A stretch of DNA of 37,218 nucleotides, from positions 94,212 to 131,429 of the forward strand of contig JBAZZB010000003.1 of NCBI GenBank assembly GCA_041659045.1, read 5' to 3'. This document shows, in pieces, positions 8,659-15,949 of this stretch. Positions within the stretch are counted from its first letter, which is position 1. Each line of letters begins with the position of its first letter. The DNA is from Patescibacteria group bacterium (GTDB lineage: Bacteria; Patescibacteriota; Patescibacteriia; SG8-24; DYFX01). The position numbers and the translations under genes were made by a program. A model generated the notes under the pieces. That model had not been told where the DNA came from. It ran no database searches and saw only the letters and a program-made list of their open reading frames with translations.

Positions 8659-8731
8659 GAGTCGACCTCCAGAAAGGACCGAGAGAACCCTATCACACGC
8701 GTGAAATACCTGACTAGATCTCCATTAGAGT

Positions 8732-8758
8732 ACGAAAAAATTGCTTAGATAAGCCATT
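8732..8758. repeat. 27-nt direct repeat, copy B; downstream of the yecM-like gene
   Basis: acgaaaaaatTgcttagataagccatt. It matches copy A, 713 nt away, at 26 of 27 positions. Confidence 0.8.
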
Positions 8759-8771
8759 TGATTGGTAGCTC

Positions 8772-9278
8772 TCAGATCATCTCATCCCGCTTGATCTTCT
8801 CGATCAAAGGCTCGGGCTCGATTCGAACCTTGAAGGTCGGGCTGATGAGGGTGTCGTAGGTCACGTGGTGCGGGCGCTCGTGCTTCTCGAACGTGGCGCC
8901 CTCGCGCGCAAACCACGCGACAAGGTCTTCGACGGAACCGGCGGTAGGGTAGATCTCGATATGGTCGAATCCGCGCTTCTGGCTGCCGTCCTTCTTCTGG
9001 TCGGACAGTTCGAGGAACGAGATCGGGCCAAGTGCCGTCGGCAACGCCGGAGCGAACTTGATGACGGCGATACGACGTCCGGAGATCCAGGACTGATACA
9101 GGAAGCCGTCCGGCTGCTCGAAGAACGAACGCACGCGCTCGAACTCTCCGTCGTCCTGGCAACGGTAGCAGAGATGATCTGCAGTCGCGAGCGGATTGAG
9201 CCGAGCAGCCCACGTATCGAACAGTTCCGTGGCGTGATTCGCCTCACGCATGAACGCTTCCAGTGTGAGAAGCTGCAT
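8772..9278 (-). CDS. YecM-like VOC-superfamily metal-binding protein
   Basis: TADHLCYRC and FDHIEIYP parallel E. coli YecM ADHISLRC and WEHIEIVLP as I remember them. I chose the ATG at 9278 (AGGAA RBS) over the TTG at 9338. Confidence 0.6.
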   Translation of the reverse strand: MQLLTLEAFMREANHATELFDTWAARLNPLATADHLCYRCQDDGEFERVRSFFEQPDGFLYQSWISGRRIAVIKFAPALPTALGPISFLELSDQKKDGSQKRGFDHIEIYPTAGSVEDLVAWFAREGATFEKHERPHHVTYDTLISPTFKVRIEPEPLIEKIKRDEMI

Positions 9279-9334
9279 ATCATTTCCTTTCGCAAATGAG
9301 CCTCCGTCACTGTAGGACGAAGGCTCATGCGGGG

Positions 9335-9925
9335 TCAAATTTTACGGCTACGAACAATTTTACGCGCCACGTACCAACATGTTGAAAACACGAGCAGATA
9401 AAAAGCTAGGCTTACCAGGAAAAGCCCGGGCTTGAAGACGGAATACCCAGAAGACCCTGAGAAGCTCGGTTCATCAATCGAGTATCGAAACGGAAATCCG
9501 CTAACACGAATCATCATGCGATACGTTTCGAATCGGTCGGATCTCACGACCTCCTGCTGGCCGCTGCTGAAGAAACGGGACCAGCCGGTGGCGAAATAAC
9601 CTGCCGCCAGCAAAAACACGATCGGGCGAATCTTGCGGGCGGCCGCCAAACAGCGAGGAAAACACTCGCGTGCGAATATTGTATGCAAGAGAAAGAAACC
9701 GGCGACAAACGCGAAGGGATATGTTATCCAGAGCTCTTCCTGAGAAACGAACATGAAAGGAACCCACGGAACAAGGGCGATCCAAAACAGCCAACTCGAG
9801 AAGGAACCGTAACCCAGGCCGATAATCCTCGCGAAAAAGATCAGGAGAGGCGGCGTCAACAGGAAGAATCCGGCGATGATTTCGAGCGCGGTACGGGCCC
9901 AAAACTTTTTTCTCGAGGAATACAT
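9335..9925 (-). CDS. Hypothetical polytopic membrane protein
   Basis: Several hydrophobic helices (ALEIIAGFFLLTPPLLIFFARIIGL, WLFWIALVPWVPFMF and others). The start was trimmed to the ATG at 9925 because the longer ORF overlaps asnS. Confidence 0.6.
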   Translation of the reverse strand: MYSSRKKFWARTALEIIAGFFLLTPPLLIFFARIIGLGYGSFSSWLFWIALVPWVPFMFVSQEELWITYPFAFVAGFFLLHTIFARECFPRCLAAARKIRPIVFLLAAGYFATGWSRFFSSGQQEVVRSDRFETYRMMIRVSGFPFRYSIDEPSFSGSSGYSVFKPGLFLVSLAFYLLVFSTCWYVARKIVRSRKI

Positions 9926-9933
9926 TCCTTTAT

Positions 9934-11232
9934 TTACGGCTTGAGACGGTTCAGCAGACGCGCAAACGGGATCGTCTCGCGGACGTGCGGGAGCTTGCAT
10001 ATCCAAGCGACGGTGCGCTCGAGACCGATGCCGAAACCGGAGTGCGGCACGGAGCCGTAGCGGCGGATGTCGAGATACCACTCGAAGGCTTCTTTCGGAA
10101 GACCGTGCGCGGCGATGCGCTCCTCGAGGAGTTTCAGGTCATCGATACGCTGCGAGCCGCCAATGACTTCGCCGTAGCCTTCGGGAGCCAACATGTCGTT
10201 GTTCAAGACCTGCTTCGGATTCTCCGGGTCGGGCTTCATGTAGAACGCCTTCACTTCCACTGGGTAGTGGTGGATGAAAATAGGCTTGTCGTATTGCTGC
10301 GTGAGAATCGTCTCGTCATCAGCGCCGAGATCGTCGCCCCATTTCACATCGGAACCGAGTTTCTGAAGTTGCGTGATCGCTTCGTCGTAATGGACGCGCG
10401 GGAAACCTCCTGAAACAACCGTTTCAAGCGGTGCCGTATCGCGTTCGAGTGTCTTCAAATCTTCACGGCGGTTGGCCAGGACTTTTTTGACGATATGCAC
10501 GACCAAATCTTCCTGCAGCTGCATGTTCTGCGCGTAATCCATGTACGCGGCTTCGGCTTCAAGCATCCAGAACTCCGTAAGGTGGCGGCGCGTTTTGGAT
10601 TTTTCGGAACGGAAGGTCGGGCCGAAGCAATACGTTTTGCCGAGCGCGGCCGACGTGGCTTCGAGGTAGAGCTGTCCGGACTGCGAAAGATACGCCTTGT
10701 CGTCAAAGTATTTTACTTCGAAAAGTTCCGACGTGCTTTCGGCGGCGTTCGGCGTGAAGATCGGAGAATCGGTGAGCGTGAATCCCCTCTCGTGCATGAA
10801 TTCGCGCATGGCGAATTCGATTTCGTCACGGACGCGGAGGATCGCTTCTTGTCGCGAAGAACGCAGCCAGAGATGACGGATGTCCATCAGGAATTCGACG
10901 CCGTGTTCTTTTTTACCGATCGGAAATTCTTCTGTAGGCAAGGCGACGACGCGTACGGCCTTCACTTGGATTTCGTAGCCGCTCGAAGACCTTGCTTCCG
11001 CTTTCACCAAACCATCGACCTCGACAGAAGCCTCGATCGAGAGCGACTGGCAGGCGTTCCAGGTTTCTTCCGAGACTTCCTTTTTGGAAATCACGCCTTG
11101 GATGCGCCCCGAGCCGTCGCGAAATTGCAAAAAGAAGATCGATCCGGACGAACGGAAGTTGTAGCACCAGCCTTTCAGGGTGACCTCCTGGCCGTCGTGC
11201 TTGGCGATGTCGTTGACGAGAACGTGGTTCAT
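9934..11232 (-). CDS. asnS: Asparaginyl-tRNA synthetase
   Basis: Motif 2 [28 protein letters not shown], plus GGSQR and GFGIGLER. Confidence 0.9.
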   Translation of the reverse strand: MNHVLVNDIAKHDGQEVTLKGWCYNFRSSGSIFFLQFRDGSGRIQGVISKKEVSEETWNACQSLSIEASVEVDGLVKAEARSSSGYEIQVKAVRVVALPTEEFPIGKKEHGVEFLMDIRHLWLRSSRQEAILRVRDEIEFAMREFMHERGFTLTDSPIFTPNAAESTSELFEVKYFDDKAYLSQSGQLYLEATSAALGKTYCFGPTFRSEKSKTRRHLTEFWMLEAEAAYMDYAQNMQLQEDLVVHIVKKVLANRREDLKTLERDTAPLETVVSGGFPRVHYDEAITQLQKLGSDVKWGDDLGADDETILTQQYDKPIFIHHYPVEVKAFYMKPDPENPKQVLNNDMLAPEGYGEVIGGSQRIDDLKLLEERIAAHGLPKEAFEWYLDIRRYGSVPHSGFGIGLERTVAWICKLPHVRETIPFARLLNRLKP

Positions 11233-11262
11233 ATCGGCCTTACCTTAGCGCGGAACTTCCTG

Positions 11263-11290
11263 AAAAACAAGACCCGCTGGACGGCGGGTC
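11263..11290 (-). terminator. Rho-independent terminator after the 11299..11841 gene
   Basis: On the minus strand gacccgc-cgtcca-gcgggtc is followed by ttgttttt. Confidence 0.6.
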
Positions 11291-11298
11291 AGTTCGGA

Positions 11299-11841
11299 CT
11301 ATCGAATCCCGAATGTTTCAACAACGACATCGTACGGCTCCCACTCCAGGTTCTCGTAGAGATACAGCCAGTAGAGCTTGTCGCCCGCGATGACCAACTT
11401 ACCCCCTTGGTTTTCATACCTCGCCTTTTCGGAAGCGGGCGCAACTTGGATCCCCATGAGCGGAAGCGTGTTGTCTTCCGTAGCCGGGTCAGCCACCACG
11501 TAGGCGATTTTCAACGATCCCGCACCTTCGCTTTCCGACAACTTGGTTCCAGGCGGCAAGTTGAGTTGATAGCTTCCGTCGGCACTGATAACCGTGCGCC
11601 AACCATTGATCGCGGTCGGTTCGGTCACGCGACCTCCGCTTGCATCCGGAACGGACGGCTCCAGAGGCGAGGACGCGGGCAACCGCGCTTCCAACGCTGA
11701 GAGTTTCATCTCCAGCTCGTTACGGATGGAATCAACGTAGAGCCAGCCACCGATAATGGTTACGACGAACAAGACGACAAAAAGTCCAGCAAGCGGTTTT
11801 GCCGGCAGCGTCTTTTCCGTCAACGAAGATGTTTGATCCAT
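11299..11841 (-). CDS. Hypothetical membrane-anchored protein
   Basis: One N-terminal TM helix (LAGLFVVLFVVTIIGGWLYV) followed by a soluble domain. No family recognised. Confidence 0.6.
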   Translation of the reverse strand: MDQTSSLTEKTLPAKPLAGLFVVLFVVTIIGGWLYVDSIRNELEMKLSALEARLPASSPLEPSVPDASGGRVTEPTAINGWRTVISADGSYQLNLPPGTKLSESEGAGSLKIAYVVADPATEDNTLPLMGIQVAPASEKARYENQGGKLVIAGDKLYWLYLYENLEWEPYDVVVETFGIR

Positions 11842-11848
11842 AGGAATA

Positions 11849-12622
11849 TTAGAAAGCGTATGTCGCCTTCATTGTAGCACGCGGGGTGACCAGGTGCGCG
11901 CGTAGGATCGGCAGACTTGTAAGAGGACGATCGAGCTGCGCTTCGAGAAGCGCAAACGATGCGCGGATCGTTGCTTGGTGGATTGGCAACGAGGGAGCCC
12001 CGCCAAGAACACTCACGATTTCGGCGTGCGCCGTGCCGTCGAGCATTTCCGAACCAACGAGAGCGCGCTCGTCGAGTGGGCAGAAGCGGCATGCTGCTGA
12101 ACCGCGCGCCGGCAGGAAGCGAGAATGTTCGTAGCGCAAATCCTTGCCGCATTCGCAACACTCATCGAGCTTTGGGTGATACCCAAGGTGCGACAGAAGA
12201 CGCCAGACAAAAACCGTAAGCCTCGGCATGAGCCGTTCTTCCGGCAGGACGGCGGCGTCGGCGTACCAAGATTCGATCAAGCGCCAGAGTTCGTCGTCGC
12301 GCTCACCGAGCTTCACGAAATGGTCGAGTGCTTCAGCCACAAAGGACGCGGCGGCATACCGACGATCGTCGGCAACGAGAGGCTCCGGCGAGCGCGCAAG
12401 AATCGCGCCGCAGAGCGTATCGAGTTTGCGTCCGCGCGCGAGATGCAAATCAACAAGCGTAAAAGGTTCGAGGTGCGGTCCGAGTTTGGAAAGGAGTTTA
12501 CGCGTGCCGCGGCCGACGGCCAAAAGCTTGCCGCCTTCGCGGGTGTAAAGAGTGTACAAACGGGCAGCGTCACGCCAGGTTTCGCGGCGCAGCACGATGG
12601 CGCGAGTGTGGTAGGTCGACAT
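11849..12622 (-). CDS. recO: DNA repair protein RecO
   Basis: N-terminal OB region AIVLRRETWRDAARLYTLYTREGGKLLAVGRG. Zn-finger cysteines CCECG..CRFCP. Confidence 0.85.
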   Translation of the reverse strand: MSTYHTRAIVLRRETWRDAARLYTLYTREGGKLLAVGRGTRKLLSKLGPHLEPFTLVDLHLARGRKLDTLCGAILARSPEPLVADDRRYAAASFVAEALDHFVKLGERDDELWRLIESWYADAAVLPEERLMPRLTVFVWRLLSHLGYHPKLDECCECGKDLRYEHSRFLPARGSAACRFCPLDERALVGSEMLDGTAHAEIVSVLGGAPSLPIHQATIRASFALLEAQLDRPLTSLPILRAHLVTPRATMKATYAF

Positions 12623-12630
12623 AACTTTGT

Positions 12631-12654
12631 GTCATTTCCGCGAAGGCGGGAACC
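12631..12654. repeat. REP-like GC-rich palindromic element, copy 1
   Basis: gtcatttccgcgaaggcgggaacc is an internal hairpin. Its reverse complement matches copy 2 at 21 of 24 positions. Confidence 0.7.
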
Positions 12655-12690
12655 TAGAAACAAACAGGGAGTCTTTTTTTGTTTTGTCTG

Positions 12691-12714
12691 GGTCCCCGCC
12701 TTCGCGGGGATGAC
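12691..12714. repeat. REP-like GC-rich palindromic element, copy 2, inverted relative to copy 1
   Basis: ggtccccgccttcgcggggatgac with a perfect 7-bp stem tccccgc/gcgggga. It produces the spurious PAFAGMT and LRGDD peptides in the ORF track. Confidence 0.7.
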
Positions 12715-12721
12715 AACCTAT

Positions 12722-13144
12722 TCATTCAATCTTCGATTTATCCAAATACGACTGCAAGAAGAGCGTCGCGGCGGCGCTGTCACGATCGAGTCCGGAAGCT
12801 TTCCAGGCTTTTTTGCCACCCATCGCTTCCATATGTGCTTCAATCTCGCGGCTTGAAAGGCGCTCATCTTCCATCACGACAAGTACGTCGATTTCCTCTT
12901 CAAGTTTGGCGGCGAAAGCGCGAGCGATGCCGGTTTGTTCCGAGGAGCCTCCGTCCTTTGAAAGCGGCAAGCCAACGACGACTTGGTCGATCTCTTCTGA
13001 AAGAATGACTGCTTTAATATCCTCAATCAGCGCGGCCTCACCGCGGTGTTCGAGCAATTTGAGCGGCACCGCAACTCCGGCGTCGGTCGAACCGAGCGCG
13101 AGTCCGACGCGCTTTGAGCCGTGATCGATGCCGAGAACATTCAT
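12722..13144 (-). CDS. ruvX: Holliday junction resolvase-like protein RuvX/YqgF
   Basis: N-terminal MNVLGIDHGSKRVGLALGS. The length (140 aa) is typical. Confidence 0.85.
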   Translation of the reverse strand: MNVLGIDHGSKRVGLALGSTDAGVAVPLKLLEHRGEAALIEDIKAVILSEEIDQVVVGLPLSKDGGSSEQTGIARAFAAKLEEEIDVLVVMEDERLSSREIEAHMEAMGGKKAWKASGLDRDSAAATLFLQSYLDKSKIE

Positions 13145-13145
13145 A

Positions 13146-13922
13146 TCAAATCGGGAGCGGGGTCAAAATCTCGTAGCCGTCATCCGTAACAGCAACAGTG
13201 ACTTCCCAGTGGGCGGCCGGTTTTTTGTCGATGGTTTTGATCGTCCAGTTATCACGCGCCTGGAGCACGTCCCAATCCCCCATCGTGACCATCGGTTCAA
13301 CGGCCAAGACCATGCCTTTTTTGATGGTGACGCTCGGAAGATCCGGGTCATCATAGTTCGGTACATGCGGGTCTTCGTGGACATGATGACCAACGCCGTG
13401 ACCGACCAGTGCGCGCACCACGCCGAAGCCAGCGCCTTCAACAATCGGCTGGATTGTTTTTCCTACCTCGCGAATTTTCGCTCCGGGACGAATAACGTCG
13501 ATACCGGCGAGCAGCGCTTCTTTCGTTACGCGGATGAGTTTCAACCACGAACCAGGCACTTCGCCGACCGGCAACGAAACCGCCATGTCGGTGCAAAGCC
13601 CCTTGTAACGCAAACCGATGTCGAGCGAAAGAAGCATTCCCTCTTTCAGAATGCGTCCCGGGTGCGGCGGAGCATGAACAACTTCGTCGTTGATCGAAGT
13701 GCAGACGGTTCCGTTAAAAGGAACGGCACCTCCCGCCTTGTACCCCTTGAACGAAGGTTCGCCGCCGGCGTCACGCATGCGTTTTTCGGCATGCGCGTCG
13801 AGGTCGGCGGTCGAAACGCCGGGCTTGGCCATCCGCGCGAGTTCACCCAAAATCTCCGAAAGAAGGCGGCCGCCTTCCCGGAGTTTATCGATGTCTTCGT
13901 TGGTGTAGTGCTGGATGGCCAT
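13146..13922 (-). CDS. map: Methionine aminopeptidase type I
   Basis: Metal-ligand regions DIGLRYKGLCTDMA, HGVGHHVHEDP and LAVEPM. Confidence 0.9.
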   Translation of the reverse strand: MAIQHYTNEDIDKLREGGRLLSEILGELARMAKPGVSTADLDAHAEKRMRDAGGEPSFKGYKAGGAVPFNGTVCTSINDEVVHAPPHPGRILKEGMLLSLDIGLRYKGLCTDMAVSLPVGEVPGSWLKLIRVTKEALLAGIDVIRPGAKIREVGKTIQPIVEGAGFGVVRALVGHGVGHHVHEDPHVPNYDDPDLPSVTIKKGMVLAVEPMVTMGDWDVLQARDNWTIKTIDKKPAAHWEVTVAVTDDGYEILTPLPI

Positions 13923-13929
13923 TGGCGTT

Positions 13930-14679
13930 TTAGGAGTTCAGAATATACCCCGTCATCGTGATTCCGACAAGGGTAACAACAACCGCCGCAAGCAGGACGA
14001 TGCTCCACACTTTGAACCGGCGGGCGCGCTGGCGGCGATGCAGCAAATCGACCAGTTTTACCTCCGCATCATGTGCGACTTCGGCAATACCCTTGCGCGC
14101 GTCGATCAGCACCAACTTACCGCGCGCGGCGAACCATTCTTTCAAAGGCTCGGTGACTTCGTGGTAATGCTTGAGGCGCTCTTCGACGAGCTCCGGCGTA
14201 TCGTCGGCGCGCTTCACGAGTTCTCCCCCACACGTGTCGCAGGTGCCGTTCGGACTGTGCGGTGGCTGCGTGATCAAGTTGTAGTTCGTCTTGCACTTCG
14301 AGCAGATGCGCCGGTACGAAATGCGTCTTTTGGAATCCTCATCCGGCACTTCCAGATAGAGAACGGCGTCGGGCTTAAAAAAACTTTCACACTTTTTCGC
14401 TTGCTCAACTGAGCGCGGAAAACCGTCGAGAATCCAACCGTCATGATGCGCATCAACCCAACCCTTCACGAGCGGCATGATGATGTCGTCGTCCACAAAA
14501 GCGCCCTTCGCCATTTCGACCTTCGCCGAATGACCGCGCGTGGAATCCTCGTTTTGGAGTTCACGAAGCAAATCGCCTACAGAGGCGGTCGGCACTCCCA
14601 TGAGGACACTGAGAATGTGCGACTGCGTTCCTTTGCCCGATGCTTGCGTACCGAGCACGGCGATTTTCATTCGTTTCAT
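13930..14679 (-). CDS. adk: Adenylate kinase with a zinc LID and a C-terminal transmembrane tail
   Basis: P-loop GTQASGKGTQ. LID cysteines CSKC..CDTCGG. ILDGFPR is present. The tail is RRFKVWSIVLLAAVVVTLVGITMTGYILNS. The start was trimmed to the ATG at 14679, which overlaps the upstream stop (ATGA). Confidence 0.85.
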   Translation of the reverse strand: MKRMKIAVLGTQASGKGTQSHILSVLMGVPTASVGDLLRELQNEDSTRGHSAKVEMAKGAFVDDDIIMPLVKGWVDAHHDGWILDGFPRSVEQAKKCESFFKPDAVLYLEVPDEDSKRRISYRRICSKCKTNYNLITQPPHSPNGTCDTCGGELVKRADDTPELVEERLKHYHEVTEPLKEWFAARGKLVLIDARKGIAEVAHDAEVKLVDLLHRRQRARRFKVWSIVLLAAVVVTLVGITMTGYILNS

Positions 14680-15527
14680 GACGGAAAAATGAAGAATGAG
14701 ACGATGTAGGCGAGTGTCGCGCCGAGCGCGATGGGCGGAAGCGCCGGCAGAGGCGCACGTCGAGACTGGGCAAGGAACAGCATGAACATAAGCGCAAAAC
14801 CGAGCGCGGCTCCGGCGAGCGTGGCGACGGCCTGGACTGGGCCGGTTCGAAGCGCGGAGAGCGCGAACATGACGGGCAAGGCGACATCGCCCGTGCCAAG
14901 CAACATACCGCGCTGCTCCGATGACGCCGTCGAGAGAAGCGTCCTGGGCGCGAGCGGTGTCAGCGTAAACGCGAAAATGACGCCGTGCGAAGAAAGGTCG
15001 CGAAACATTTTGACCATGTGCTTCGTACGGTACACGGCCACGATATCGTAGAAGGAAAGCACGGTCAAAAGTGCGAGCATGGCGAGCGGCGACATCTTGA
15101 GAGCAAGGCTCGCGGCAATGCCAGCAATACCGATCACGAGCGCCAGGTTCGCCATCAAGACGGACTTCCAAAGGAAGCGCAGCAGGATCACGGCCGAGCC
15201 GATGATGAGGGCAATGCCGGGAGAGAAGTAGAGGTCGGCCAGGAACCAGGAGCCTGCCAGCATCGAAAGCGCAAAGAGCGCTTCAAAGACGAGCGGATTC
15301 TTGAAGGCACGCAGTGCGAGAATGAGCATCGCCGTTGCGAAGAGGATGAGCGCCAAGACGTACGGCACAGACACAGCCGCCGACGGCACATACCCGCCGC
15401 GCACGATCGTCCTAGCCCCAGCCGCGAGAGCCAAGGCGCCCGTCACAAAAAAGACGAGGAGTCCGTGAGCAAGCACGTGCCACTGCTCCCCTTTCGGCAG
15501 CACGGCGACAGGATGGTGATCAGTCAT
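14676..15527 (-). CDS. Presenilin/signal-peptide-peptidase-like GxGD intramembrane aspartyl protease (A22-type)
   Basis: A polytopic membrane protein carrying, in this order, YD (SFYDIVAVYRTKHMV), GxGD (LLGTGDVALP) and PAL (LPALPPIALG). I chose the ATG at 15527 because the longer ORF begins inside the upstream terminator hairpin. Confidence 0.7.
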   Translation of the reverse strand: MTDHHPVAVLPKGEQWHVLAHGLLVFFVTGALALAAGARTIVRGGYVPSAAVSVPYVLALILFATAMLILALRAFKNPLVFEALFALSMLAGSWFLADLYFSPGIALIIGSAVILLRFLWKSVLMANLALVIGIAGIAASLALKMSPLAMLALLTVLSFYDIVAVYRTKHMVKMFRDLSSHGVIFAFTLTPLAPRTLLSTASSEQRGMLLGTGDVALPVMFALSALRTGPVQAVATLAGAALGFALMFMLFLAQSRRAPLPALPPIALGATLAYIVSFFIFPS

Positions 15528-15543
15528 ACGCAAGCAGTGTACC

Positions 15544-15568
15544 AAAAACCCGGCCACTCAGCCGGGTT
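15544..15568 (-). terminator. Rho-independent terminator after the 92-aa heptad-repeat gene
   Basis: On the minus strand aacccggc-tgagtg-gccgggtt is followed by ttttt. Confidence 0.7.
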
Positions 15569-15573
15569 CGGTT

Positions 15574-15852
15574 TCAGAACGGTTTCGGCACATAGTGTGC
15601 CAACTTGTCGTCGAGGTAGGATTTGGTGACCATGCGGTTTTCGATCGAGTCGAGCGATTCCTGAACCGCATCAAATTTCACGTTCATCGTTTCTTCCAAA
15701 CCATCCAAGCGGCCGGCCAGAGTGTCAACATGACCAGTAAGCGTGTCCATGCGGTCGACAAGAGTATCAACCTTTCCTTCGAGCGGTCCTATTTCGGACT
15801 TAATAAGCGTCCCGATGGCCTTGAGGTCGTCCTGGGTGAGCATGGGTTCCAT
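15574..15852 (-). CDS. Hypothetical protein with heptad repeats suggestive of a coiled coil
   Basis: 92 aa with four tandem heptads: VDTLVDR MDTLTGH VDTLAGR LDGLEET. Confidence 0.6.
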   Translation of the reverse strand: MEPMLTQDDLKAIGTLIKSEIGPLEGKVDTLVDRMDTLTGHVDTLAGRLDGLEETMNVKFDAVQESLDSIENRMVTKSYLDDKLAHYVPKPF

Positions 15853-15908
15853 ACGTTAGGAGTATACGCCCATGTCCTAGCATGATGGCAACCGGTAGTG
15901 TCAATACC

Positions 15909-15945
15909 AAAAGAACCCCGACACAGCGTCGGGGTTCTTTTTTTT
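15909..15945. terminator. Bidirectional rho-independent terminator directly after secY
   Basis: A 10-bp perfect stem gaaccccgac / gtcggggttc with loop acagc, flanked by aaaa and tttttttt. Confidence 0.8.
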
Positions 15946-15949
15946 GATC

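Noticed and set aside
9335-10081. A 248-aa version of the membrane protein that overlaps the asnS 3' end by about 150 nt.
   Set aside because: The overlapping part is Arg-rich and non-hydrophobic. An ATG at 9925, just after the asnS stop, begins the hydrophobic protein.
12125-13008. ORFs 12125-12856 (+), 12313-12663 (-) and 12679-13008 (+), which contain the PAFAGMT, LRGNDT and LRGDDN peptides.
   Set aside because: These peptides are read-throughs of the REP-like palindromes. The rest of each ORF is antisense to recO or ruvX.
13930-15171. A 413-aa ORF-track call extending adk upstream by 164 codons.
   Set aside because: The extension overlaps the well-supported membrane protease gene and is Arg/Ala-rich with no recognisable motifs. 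The Adk homology begins at MKRMKIAVLG, whose ATG overlaps the upstream stop.
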